Shown: positions 1 through 10,893 of the stretch, in pieces | How positions within the stretch are numbered: position 1 is the first letter of the stretch | Layout: the number at the start of each line of letters is the position of its first letter | Assembly: GCA_946965045.2 (NCBI GenBank) | Contig: OX337230.1 | Span: forward strand, 2,790,001-2,854,000 | DNA length: 64,000 nt | Origin: Epithemia pelagica | Taxonomy: Eukaryota > Protista > Bacillariophyta | Reading direction: 5' to 3' | Program-made: the position numbers and the translations under genes | The notes under the pieces: model-generated | What the model saw: only the letters and a program-made list of their open reading frames with translations | The model's database searches: none | What the model was told of the DNA's origin: nothing

Positions 1-597
1 GTCAACTACTGACTGTCTGTTTGAGGAATTAGTCGCGCTTTTCTGCAGCGGTTTGCGCGCCGGCTGAAATGCAATTTGAACAGAAGTAACACAGCACGGT
101 ATTTTAGTGTAATTAGGGGGTATCTGGTTGAATTTATCAGTCGCAACTCGTTGGGGGTTCAGGCAGGCGTGAAAGGCATATATAGATGTGAGAAACCGAA
201 AGATGCGGGCAATAGAGCCACCGTATCGTTAGCGCGGTCCCTTTTAAAATGTAGGAATGATAGTGCGGTCGACGGGCGTGATAGGGCAACGAGAATCTAT
301 ATGTTCATCTTCAAAACCGTACAACAAGTATTCCGACATCATTCAAACCCCCACAAAACGCATTCCCAGCCACATCTTGAAAGTTGCCCACATTACTGGA
401 AAGGATCTCATCAAAGAGCCTTTTCTGGAAGTCAGCAATCGTCTATCGTCTACGAACAAACAAATCTTCCCTCGCACATTTCATTTTGATCTTGTCTTGC
501 AATCAGGCTTCCATAACACCAACAGCAGGGCTAAAGGCTTTCGGATCGACGGATATCTTGCTCGAAATTGAGGGGATCCGTTTCAGATTCGACAACC

Positions 598-3201
598 ATG
601 GCGACGACGACCCTGGGTGTGATAAACGATACGAAGAGACCTTCGTCAATCCATGCTGGTGGTGGGAAAGACATGATTGCACCAGATTATCCGTCACATC
701 GGCCGAAAAGTACAACATCTTTGGGGAATGGAAGTGTTTCTCGAACTGACGGTTCGACCGAATTCTCTGTAGGAGGAGCTTGCTACCGATACACCAGTAC
801 CGACAACTCTGAAAACGTCAACAATAAGCATATAACCTCGATCCCTGGAATGTCATCCTCATCGCGACATAACGTGATGGAGTCGAGAGATCCTTTGTCG
901 ACAGTGGTTGGGACGTGTCTTGCAGGGAGCTCGAATAGTTTTGCACCACCGAAACCTGGGAGTGACCGAAAACCGTCATCATCATCGACCGCTAGCCAGT
1001 CCAACCCTAAGGCAGATGGATCTGAGTCCATACTTATTGAAGAACGCCGGCGGAAGTCTGGAGGTGAAGGATATACCACTCACCAATATATGAGAGGGAG
1101 ATTGCTTGGAAAAGGTGGCTTTGCAAAAGTGTACCTGTGTACCGCCATGGAAACAGGAAAACATTATGCAATGAAGATTGTTCCTAAAGCTAATCTTGTT
1201 AAGGAGCGAGCACGACAAAAGGTAAGATGAGGATCTCGTTCAGATTATGCAAATGCTACATGCTTACATGGATAATTGTTTGTAGCTTCAAACCGAAATC
1301 AAGATTCACCGAACGCTCAAGCATAAGAATGTGTGTGAGTACAAGCATTTCTTTGAAGATCGCGAAAACTGCTACATTCTGCTTGAGCTTTGCCACAACC
1401 AGAGTATGAACGAGATGATTAAGAGGAGAAAACGGCTTTCCGAACCAGAGGCCGCCTTTTTTATGGACCAGATGGTTGCTGGTGTCAAGTACATCCATTC
1501 CAACAGTGTCATTCACAGAGACTTGAAACTTGGTAATCTTTTTCTCGACAAAGATTTAAACATTAAGGTGGGAGACCTTGGATTGGCCACAAGGCTGGAA
1601 GATCCGGATGAGAAACGAAAGACCATTTGTGGAACTCCAAACTACATTGCACCGGAAGTGATTCAAAACGACAAGAGCAAACGTGGTCACTCGTTCGAGG
1701 TGGATATCTGGTCAATGGGTGTGGTGCTTTACACGATTCTTGTCGGAAAGCCCCCTTACGAAGCCAAGGACGTCAAGGCGACGTATCAACGTATTTTGGC
1801 CAACGAATACAGATTTCCGGATCACGTAACTCTATCCGAAACTGCGATGGACCTTATTGAATCAATGCTACAAAGCAACCCGTATGAACGGTGAGTACGC
1901 TGATGATAATTTATTGACTCATCTTATAAGATTGTGCCTCACTTCAACTCTTGTGATACTCGTTCAGACCCTCTCTTGAGTACATATCGTGTCACCCCTT
2001 TCTATCAAGCCGTAAAATCCCTGCATGTATTCCTTCGAGTGCTCTGCACTTTCCTCCTTCATGGGTTCATACCGAAGAAGGGGTATTCCCTGTCGATGCG
2101 GATGATGGCCTATCTGTTCGATCCTCGAAATCATTGAAGAGTCTGCATAGCCAAAGTAGTAAGGCTACGACAAGACGGCCATTCGCTCGACAGGATCCAA
2201 ATTCCCAACGACCTCCACTCACGAATTCAAAGAAACCCATCACCGACGGACGTCGCAATGATGTTCAAAGGATGGTCAAGAGCGCATTCGGGTTATCGAA
2301 CAAGTCAAAGCAGCAAGGGCCGTCATTCAAAATCTACGAAGAAGCCGAAGTGCAGCATCAACCCGAGCCTCCTGTTCCAACGCAAACCGCCAAACCAAAA
2401 GGCCTTATTCAAAACACGAAGGCTGAAGCCGATGACAAGTCGGTTGCAAGTGGTTTCTCGATGCGCTACCCAACAAATGACATGGAAGTATTGAAGCGTA
2501 TGGTCAAACGCTTGGATACAGTCTTGGAAGTCGCAGGAGCTCGGAGGGCTTTGTATCGTCCCCAGACTCCTCGTCCCACAATCGGACTGACTGCACCTGA
2601 AAAGTGGGTGGCAAGGTATGTGGATTACACGAGCAAGTACGGACTTGGTTTTCTGCTGAATGACGGTACGTCGGGGGTGTGCTTCAATGATTCGACAAAA
2701 ACTTCCCTTGAGAGGGACGGGGATAAGTTCCAATATATTGAGCGTAAGCGCTCAGAAGACGGCGAAGTGGCGAAAAGTGAATATGTCGCTTCAAACTACT
2801 CCTTGTCGGAATATCCAAGCAGTCTGAACAAGAAAGTAACACTTCTCAAACATTTTCGCAACTATCTTCTCGATCAGCAAAAGAAAGCGAAGGAAGAGAT
2901 TAGTTTCGAAGCTCTATTTGCGGAAGGAAGTCCCTCCCAGTTCGTCTACATCAAAAAGTGGATTCGGACGAAACACGCAATCTTGTTTCGTTTGAGTGAT
3001 CACACAGTCCAGATTGTCTTCTACGACCAAACAGAAATTTTGCTCACACCTGATGACCAGGCTATCACGTACGTTGATAAAAACCATTCTCGCAAGACTT
3101 ACTTCTTGACCGACGAGCTCGTCGGTACATTCCTTGAGCTCGAAAAGCGCATCAAATATTCGAGAGATATTCTGCAGCAGTTGCTTTCTGCAACTCGCTA
3201 G
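598..3201 (+). CDS. PLK1: Polo-like kinase, 3 exons (598-1221, 1286-1890, 1968-3201), ~820 aa
   Basis: Kinase motifs GKGGFAKV, HRDLKLGN, GDLGLA, CGTPNYIAPE. C-terminal polo boxes (WVARYVDYTSKYGLGF; KWIRTKHAILFRLS). GT-AG introns join the ORFs in frame (2463 nt). Confidence 0.95.
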
Positions 3202-3289
3202 TTTGTAGACCATTCTCCAAACGTCTTTTCTTGCAGATTCTAAATGTGTACTAGACCAAACCAAATACTTTTCCTCACTACCTATGGCT

Positions 3290-5553
3290 TTAAAGCTGAC
3301 CTCGCTCAGGAAACTGTGGCACCTCATCAAAGTTATCAAAAAATACGTCGCGATGAGCATCACGAGCCAAACCAAACTGGACTTTCATTTCTTCTAACAC
3401 TGTCTCTGCCTTTCCTTCAGCAATAAGATGGACAATCATGTGTTCCAAGGCCAAATGTTCTGCTCGGAATTTCGATCTGATTAACGGAACATTTGTCGTA
3501 ACTTCATCACAAAAAGTCAGACCTCTTTTGTATTCTTTCCCAAGCCATCGCTCCTTGAAACCCTCTTCGAAACCACACTGTAATACTGAGTTGCGAGCTA
3601 TCTCCATAATATCTGTCATGGAAAGGTCAAACGAGGTTCTAACGACAGAGTATTCTTCAAGAAGCGCGTCATCTGACATATGGAACAGAAGGGGGTCGTC
3701 CGTTGATATGGTAACATTCAGTCCGCGGCGAAAGAACTTGGGAAACGGGTTCTCTGCAATTTTCCTGAAGAGGAAATTGTTTGATAGCGGGCTAATTGCC
3801 AGTCCGACTTGGTCAAGGTAGTACAAGTACTGAAGCGAAACCTGCATGTCTAACAGGATGCCATGATTGATGGACTTACACAGCATGTAAGTAGCGGCGA
3901 GGTGCATTGGGTCACCAGTCTCTCCCGCATGAGGTCGAAATGCAAATGTGTTGAGACCACGTTCAGACCGCAATGCATTGAGAACTTCCAGATTTGCCCA
4001 TATGAAGTAAAGCTGCCACCAGTACGCTGGGTTCTTATCCGATGTCCATTCGTGGGGTCTCTGGTATCCACACGAGTCCTCTGGCGCTCCTTCGTCGTCA
4101 ACTGAGTCAAAGGCTACAATATGTTTCATTGCTTCTGCTATTTCGGGATTTTCATCAGGTTTCAAAGTTGCCTCAAAAAGCGGGACAAACAGATTCTCAA
4201 TCATTTCAGTAAAAGATCGTTTCTTTCCTCCAGGCGAAATAGGCTTTTTGCTGTAAATCCGCCACAGTCGAGGAATCTGAACATGCCAACGATTGTGCGT
4301 GGAAATCATTGGCCCCGGAAAATCTGCGTTTTCCCAGTCCTTTAGCATCCATTTGGCAAGGTCGTACCATTCATGGCGTTCCATACCGTATATACTCAAG
4401 CGCATTTCGCAAGCAGAATTATGCCCTTTCGACTTTTCGTGTCGATCAATCACAATTTTTAACAACTCAGCAAAGTACCGCCCATCCATAAAGTTGTTTG
4501 TCTTGAGAAAAATCCGACGCATGTCAGCTAGGCGAAAAGGAGAATACTTACTAGAAAGAGAACACAGAGTAAGACCAAATTAGAGGCAAAGAGGCGAGAC
4601 ATTGTCAGCGATTCAGTGTCCTACCTGTTGAAGTTGTCGAAACGCTGATATACGGAGTAATCGGCCAAAACGTTGAAAGCATCAATTGTAAGGTGGTCTT
4701 TGTCAATCCCAGCCTCCATGAATATTTGTTGAAGCGTTTTCCCTTCATTGTTGACAACAACGTCAGGCTCTGTCTCGAGCTTCTGACGGACAAACTCAAC
4801 GAACTGTTTGGCGCTTGGAGCAGCTGCTGCGTGGATATGATTGTCTATCTTCAAGGTTCGATAGAAATCATTCCCAAGAAGACCATTCTGCTCCTGCTGT
4901 TCTATCGACCCGTTGATAGTTGTGTGCATCTTAAACGACGTGCTCAACATTTGAAGCCTTTGGAAGCAGAATGATCGAACGGCTCCTTCACTGACAGTGT
5001 CAACCAGGTGATGATAATCTGTATAGAATTCTTCCACTGATGGAACTTCAATCAATATTTTCTGTGGTTTCGATGGATGAGATATCTCAGCGACACCTTC
5101 TTTCCCAATGATACAAATCAGCCCATCGGCTTTGATTAGCTCGTTGTCATCAAAACGAGTTCCTTTTCCACCATGATACTTCTGTCTGAGATTTCTACAC
5201 TTTTGGAGAACTCGGCATGCATGTTCACTTTCTTGAGTAAAGGATCCTGCTCCATAGAAAAGAAGCGAACGGGTAAAGGAGAGGCATTCTCGATAAGGCC
5301 ATGTCGCACCATCGGTGGGGCGTTCTCTTGCCGGTGGTTCCTGGGGAACTGTGCGTCGGGATTCTGGCTGTGCTCCAAATTGCAGTGGCCTGTCCCTGTC
5401 GTCCAGAATCTCATCGTCATCCGAATCTAGTCGTCTCCGCTCATCCAAAGTAATCGAAGTCCCACGATCTCGCTTTGGGAAGCGAAGGTAGTTGATGGGG
5501 TCAGGAACTCCAATACTTTCATGAAACAAATTGGACGAATTGCGCTGGTCCAT
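3290..5553 (-). CDS. AMPD: AMP deaminase, 2 exons (5553-4625, 4550-3290), ~729 aa
   Basis: Motifs KIDNHIH, FRPHAGETG, SPLSNN, STDDPLLFH. Intron 4551-4624 restores FDNFNSKYSPF in frame. Confidence 0.93.
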
Positions 5554-5820
5554 TGTCGGAGTCAACGTGATGGGGGAACAAAGAAAAATGCACAAGAAGA
5601 AAGAGAGACTGGCGCGGGACCGCGATAAGCAGACGTGTGATCTTTGCGGTCAGTGGAATGTGGAAACCCTGTCTCTAGCAAAAGAGAGTAGGTAAGGTAG
5701 CTAGCGTAGACGGCTTATCTTGATTCATCAGCAGAGTACCTATGTATGGAAGACGCATGAACAAAGCAGTAGAAGGCTCCTCGTAGCGTTAAAATGCATT
5801 CTAAACGACGGAAATTTGGT

Positions 5821-7509
5821 TTATGCACTCATTAACTCTGCAAGCTCTTTATCGGCTTCTCGCATCATCGCATCCAAATCAGCAGCGACATCTTCCAACG
5901 ACTTTTCATCCGCTGAAGATGAAGGTTCCGTATCAGTGCCATCCAGAGAAAAGTTGGCAACATCCGTCTGTGCTTCTTTCAATAAATTATCGATGTTCTC
6001 CTCGAAAGCTTTGTCTCTCTCTTGCTCATTAACCTTGTCTGCGTTTCCATCGCCATCATCATCCTCCAGTTGTGCGGCATGCCTTTCAATAACTTCGCCC
6101 TCTGGCACGCCATCATTTGACTTTGTCGCTTTAACCAAGCCAATTGAATCCGGCTTTTTGTAACTGCCATCAAGAATACTCGTAGTAAGAGGAAGTGCCA
6201 AGAACTTCCGCATATGAGTGACAACTTCTTCGTGCCGGATGTCTCCAGCAACTTCAAAACGTTCTGCGGCCTGTCTGTAAAGATCCATGATTTCATTCAC
6301 ACGCTCCACCGTTGGGTCATGTTTTAACGCAAGTTCTTTGGTTTGAATTTCCTGTACAAGGTGAAGGGCTTCGTTGATCGCACGATGAGCTGCAGCATTC
6401 GTGTGTTTACCCTTGACACCATGCCTCTTCAAGACAGCTTGTACCTGGTGAACCGCATCACCTGAGTCAGGACACATGTAGATCAACGGATCGTCCGGAG
6501 CGGGTTTGAAGAAAAGAGATACAGATTCCTGGCGACGGAACTTAAGCTTGGCCATCATGTCAATAGGAATTGCGAAGCAAACCCGTCCAGTCGACATATT
6601 CAGTTTACTGGCCTTGACTTCGATTATATGTGTATCTGTGATCATCAAGAATGATTCTTCCAAAACACGTTGTGCTGACTGAGTGAACGTGCGAAACATG
6701 GAAGTTGGCGATTTAAAGGCATCTTGTTCCGCTTTCTCTTCTGCTGCTTGCATTGCTTGCTGAACAAACGCCGGCCGTCGGATAGCTTTACATGAATACA
6801 CCCCATGTGCGTTCACCCAAGGTTCCTCCAGAAGATTAATTTCATCACCTATTCCTACTTCTCCAGGTGTGGAAGTCTTCTTTACTTTCTTCACATTTGC
6901 TCTTCGATTTTGCCTGTTACGCTGTTGCTGTCCTCCCCCAAAAGCCTTCCCGATACTGGCAATGCCGCTTGCAACTCGGGACATCGACCCTGTTCCCTGC
7001 AATGGAGGAGCCGGGTGAAAGGGCTCTTGCTGAGTGACACTTTCTTTAACCTTTAGACCAATGTTCATGATAGCGTCCGTGAGATGCAAGCTCGGAGTCC
7101 AATCTATGTCCATACCAATTCGATCGCCTTTCTTAATTGTAGAACCATTTGGAAATACATCATCTCCTTCTTGGAGAAGAACAACCGGTTCTGCAAAAGG
7201 ATACGCTGGCTTCGTACGATCCACCTTTCCATCATTCGCTTTCCCCATAGATGCGTCCACAGAAACAATTACAGGTCTCTCTTCTTGTTTCCCGTCTTCC
7301 AATTTGACGGGAACTCGTATCTCAAAAAACACAATACAGTTTCCTTGTTCAATGCTAAGTTGGTGATCTGTCACTTTGCAAAAAGATGGCAACATAGACC
7401 GAACCTCATCCGTTGTTTCAGCATCTGCATTGTCAGTTGTCAATGCCAATAATTCCTTCTGCACTCGAGTGGACCATATATCGGTGTTTCTTTCTTGTTG
7501 TTCCGCCAT
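5821..7509 (-). CDS. Hypothetical 562-aa protein: N-terminal UBC/UEV-like region without catalytic Cys, central PH-like region, helical/acidic C-terminus
   Basis: Long ORF. RVQKELLAL...YPFAEPVV...DWTPSLHLTDAI resembles the E2 fold. The other domain calls are tentative. Confidence 0.6.
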   Translation of the reverse strand: MAEQQERNTDIWSTRVQKELLALTTDNADAETTDEVRSMLPSFCKVTDHQLSIEQGNCIVFFEIRVPVKLEDGKQEERPVIVSVDASMGKANDGKVDRTKPAYPFAEPVVLLQEGDDVFPNGSTIKKGDRIGMDIDWTPSLHLTDAIMNIGLKVKESVTQQEPFHPAPPLQGTGSMSRVASGIASIGKAFGGGQQQRNRQNRRANVKKVKKTSTPGEVGIGDEINLLEEPWVNAHGVYSCKAIRRPAFVQQAMQAAEEKAEQDAFKSPTSMFRTFTQSAQRVLEESFLMITDTHIIEVKASKLNMSTGRVCFAIPIDMMAKLKFRRQESVSLFFKPAPDDPLIYMCPDSGDAVHQVQAVLKRHGVKGKHTNAAAHRAINEALHLVQEIQTKELALKHDPTVERVNEIMDLYRQAAERFEVAGDIRHEEVVTHMRKFLALPLTTSILDGSYKKPDSIGLVKATKSNDGVPEGEVIERHAAQLEDDDGDGNADKVNEQERDKAFEENIDNLLKEAQTDVANFSLDGTDTEPSSSADEKSLEDVAADLDAMMREADKELAELMSA

Positions 7510-8129
7510 CTTCCCAATTCTTCATTAAAAAGCAACAAGGTCAGGAAAATAGGCGAATACATTACGTCAATTTCCCTGCCAAAACTGCTAAAATTTTGCC
7601 GGCAGCCGCTCAACATAGCCGGATCTTTGTTTTCGCGTCGAAACCCAAAGAAACGATCTCACAGAGACGCTTAACTTACAATACTGCTAGAATCACTTTA
7701 GTCTCCTGATTCGATCGATTATGATGTTGGGCACCACAAGAAGGACGTCGATCTACTGGATCTGCTCGCTGCGAAGTACGCTTTGCTCTGTGCTGTGGGG
7801 AAAACAATGATCGCGTGCCTGGTGCCTGGATCTGGAATTTGGACTTTTTGCGCGAAAGAAAGTGTCGGTTTTCAGTTTTCGGTTTTCGGGTATCTGTTTG
7901 CCGAACTCGAGTCGTGCTACTGCTACGCTCTACGCTCAGACTCAGAACAAATAATGTACAGGCAACTTTACTTTACCTCAGAAAGTACGGTATGCCTGCC
8001 GTGGAGGTCGATTTGGGAGGGCACCACATACTTGTAGCCCCAAGCAGGGATGAATAGTCGGATCGCACATGTGTCGTGAATTCTAGGTGCATAGTCTTAT
8101 TCAGTTTGCAGACAAGAATCGAATCACTA

Positions 8130-8163
8130 CAAGCTGAGTTCAGACAGAATGTTCCTGACGTAG
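8130..8163 (+). repeat. Left TIR CAAGCTGAGTTCAGACAGAATGTTCCTGACGTAG
   Basis: Matches the reverse complement of 26226-26259 at 31 of 34 positions; preceded by TA. Confidence 0.9.
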
Positions 8164-8734
8164 CGCTCCAGTAGGAAATCTACGTAATCCGCGCGAGCCA
8201 TCCCCTTAATATAGCCCTTCTATTTATGCCTCTACCGTTCTACCAAAAATTGACCATGGTGAACGGTCCTTTTGACCGATCTCTTGCCAAATAGGAGACG
8301 GCTCCATGATCCCATGCTCTGAACCTCTTCTCCATTCATGGGTTGAGCATGGAGAACGATGTCGGCGCTGCATTCGTTTTGCAGGTGTGTTGAAGGTGGT
8401 CGCCGCGCGATTTACTACGGCGACTCACGGCAAAACTTGGTGCAACCAATGCACCTCTATTGTAGAATCGAATGATAGAAGATAGAACAAAGACTATGAA
8501 CACTTGTAGCGTTGTTCACGTCAAAAATTGATATTCTTCTCGTTAGATATATGGAAGTTGCGTCGTTCACAACAAAGATTGATGTTCTTTTCTTTGTTGT
8601 GACTCACACAGCCGTACCTGAACGCAATGTATTGTACGGTAAACGTAACACAACTATAGAATTAGATCGTATTCATAGAGAATGAAGATCCTACTCAAAT
8701 GATAATCATAAAACGCTACTACATTGTTCACTAT

Positions 8735-9307
8735 CTAGGCTTGTTGATGATTAAAGAAGAGATTTTGAAGCGGGTGCTTGAGCATCATCGCACCAAGCGA
8801 AATGTTGAAGCGATCCATATCCTTGCTGCCCATGTAGATTGTAACGACCTGGGGTTCCATGCAGGCTTTAGGGTTGATGGAGCAGCGTGTGTAGAGGCGG
8901 ATGCGTCCCATGGGAGGTCCGTTCTTGCTCGTCTTTCCAGAGACCTGGTCCAGGTGCGACAGAGCAATGAACCCAACTGGAACAACCAACGCTGGTTCCT
9001 CATGCTCGCTTGTTGTATCCCGGTCAAAGACTGCAATCCGTAGGTAGTCGGTTGCAAGCTCCCGCTGCACAAGCAGATGGCCACGGTCGACGATGTTGTG
9101 GCCAGTGTCCTTGTTTCTCGACATGGGCCCGATGAGCGCGCAAACATCGCTGGCATAAAAGCACGACTTGAACGGGAGACCAGCACCACCCTCACGGCCA
9201 TCCTCTTCGTTGAACTCGAACTTCGTCCTCATGTTGGTCATCTTGTTTCTTCTTCCTTGCCTCTTCCTGTCGTCTCTGTTTGATTGTTCCATTGCACGGC
9301 GGGTCAT
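8735..9307 (-). CDS. Hypothetical transposon cargo ORF (up to 190 aa)
   Basis: Open frame inside the TIRs, divergent from the 9479 gene. No recognisable motif. Confidence 0.4.
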   Translation of the reverse strand: MTRRAMEQSNRDDRKRQGRRNKMTNMRTKFEFNEEDGREGGAGLPFKSCFYASDVCALIGPMSRNKDTGHNIVDRGHLLVQRELATDYLRIAVFDRDTTSEHEEPALVVPVGFIALSHLDQVSGKTSKNGPPMGRIRLYTRCSINPKACMEPQVVTIYMGSKDMDRFNISLGAMMLKHPLQNLFFNHQQA

Positions 9308-9478
9308 TCGGAAGTTGCTTCATGCTGCAAGTTGATTTTGTGGCGCGCGCCGATATTGTTCACGAATGAGCGCGGGGGGATTCCCTAGATGACACAAGAA
9401 CGGAGAGCGGGCAACAATCAAACAAACAAACACAACAATCAAACGAACGAATCCCTATTGTGTTCTCACTTTCCAACG

Positions 9479-10385
9479 ATGCGCCAGACGTGTAGTGCTA
9501 CCAAACGAGCTGAGTCTGCGAAGAAGGAGCAGGAGGACTCCGCCGCAGCTCCCTCCACAACCGCATTTCCCTCCGACAAGGGAAACAAGGGAAACAAGGC
9601 AAACAAGAAAATGAAGACAAAGACGGCCGTGGACAACAAAACGTCAAAGAAGAAGAAGACGACGACGACGAAGTCTCCCGCTTCGACAAAGAAGCATGTG
9701 ACCTTCAACCTTGAGGGTCCTTCGTCGTGGCACGAGCGCGCAAAACAGTGGCAACTCACCATTGGGGATGAAGATGGTATCCCAGTGTTCTTCGTCAGCA
9801 ACAAGGACGTCGAATGCGCTAACCTGTCGGATATTGCGGCAGAGCTCCTTGCGATCGAGGCTGTCGGCAAAGAAGGTAAGTTTGATTGTTCATTGTTGGT
9901 TTTGAGTCTCCCTTTCTCACGACGCGCCCTCTGCTGCCACAGACACCAAACCCAACAGCAAGCCCGACAACAAGCCCGACAGCAAGCCCGAGAAGGAGAT
10001 CAAGAAGGAGGACGACGTCGAGAACAAGACTCCAGAGTCTTATGTGACCCCGAAGAAAGTAACTTCTTCCCCGAAGGTGGCGTCTCGAGCTTTCGCACTG
10101 ACCCCCTCCCAGAAGCATGCTTTCCAGCGTCGGATTGCTGAGGAACAGGTGAAGGAAAGTGGAGCGACAGACCCTCGCCAGACTTTGAATGAGTCGCTGG
10201 CATTGGGAGAAAACATCCCGTCGTCTCCTCCTTTGTTCTTTAGCAATCCTTCCCGTGCATACCGGACATCCATTGATTCGTATGCCGATGATGGATTTCT
10301 CGAGACCCAAGAAGACTTCATCGGTACGCAGCAAAACGGGCTTTTTGGTCCCGATTACTTGGATCATGAGGACGAGGCGTACTAG
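9479..10385 (+). CDS. Hypothetical spliced cargo gene (9479-9875, 9943-10385), ~279 aa, Lys-rich N-terminus
   Basis: Donor GTAAGT at 9876 and acceptor CAG at 9942 join ORF 9389 to ORF 10044 in frame (840 nt). KKKKTTTTK is NLS-like. Confidence 0.6.
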
Positions 10386-10893
10386 ATATCTACTGATGGA
10401 CGTTTTAGGTATCCTTAATCACTAAATATGAATCGATTTGTCATCATGGTAGTGCTTCTACAGTCATTCTTGTTGTGATTATCATCATTGTCGTCGTCCA
10501 AGTCCTCGTCATTGTCGTGGCTATCATTGTCGTCGTTGTATTGTAGTCGTCCTTGTTGTAGCTATCATCGCTCATCCTGTTTGTCCTCTTCATCATCATC
10601 GTCATCGTCGTTATCCAGCTTGCCAGTGTCGGTAGTTGGGTCCCGGTTTGCGGGCACGCCTCGTATGGATGTACGAGGGAGTTTGTGATTGGTCCCAGAC
10701 GAGCTATGATTCTTATCTCATATTTTGCGTTTTCGACACAACACGACAATGTACTAAAGTATAATATGAAGGAATAAATTAGTAAATCTTAATGTCATAC
10801 TGCAACTCAACGTACCATGGTATTCTTTTTCAACAATAACACACTTTCACCACAAGGAAAGATCTAAGTTTGATCGGCTTCTTTGTTCGCGAT

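Noticed and set aside
76-749. Short overlapping ORFs upstream of PLK1
   Set aside because: Non-ATG or short, no motifs; probably promoter/UTR sequence.
9389-10141. 250-aa ORF taken as a single-exon gene
   Set aside because: It reads through a canonical intron (9876-9942); the spliced model 9479-10385 is more coherent.
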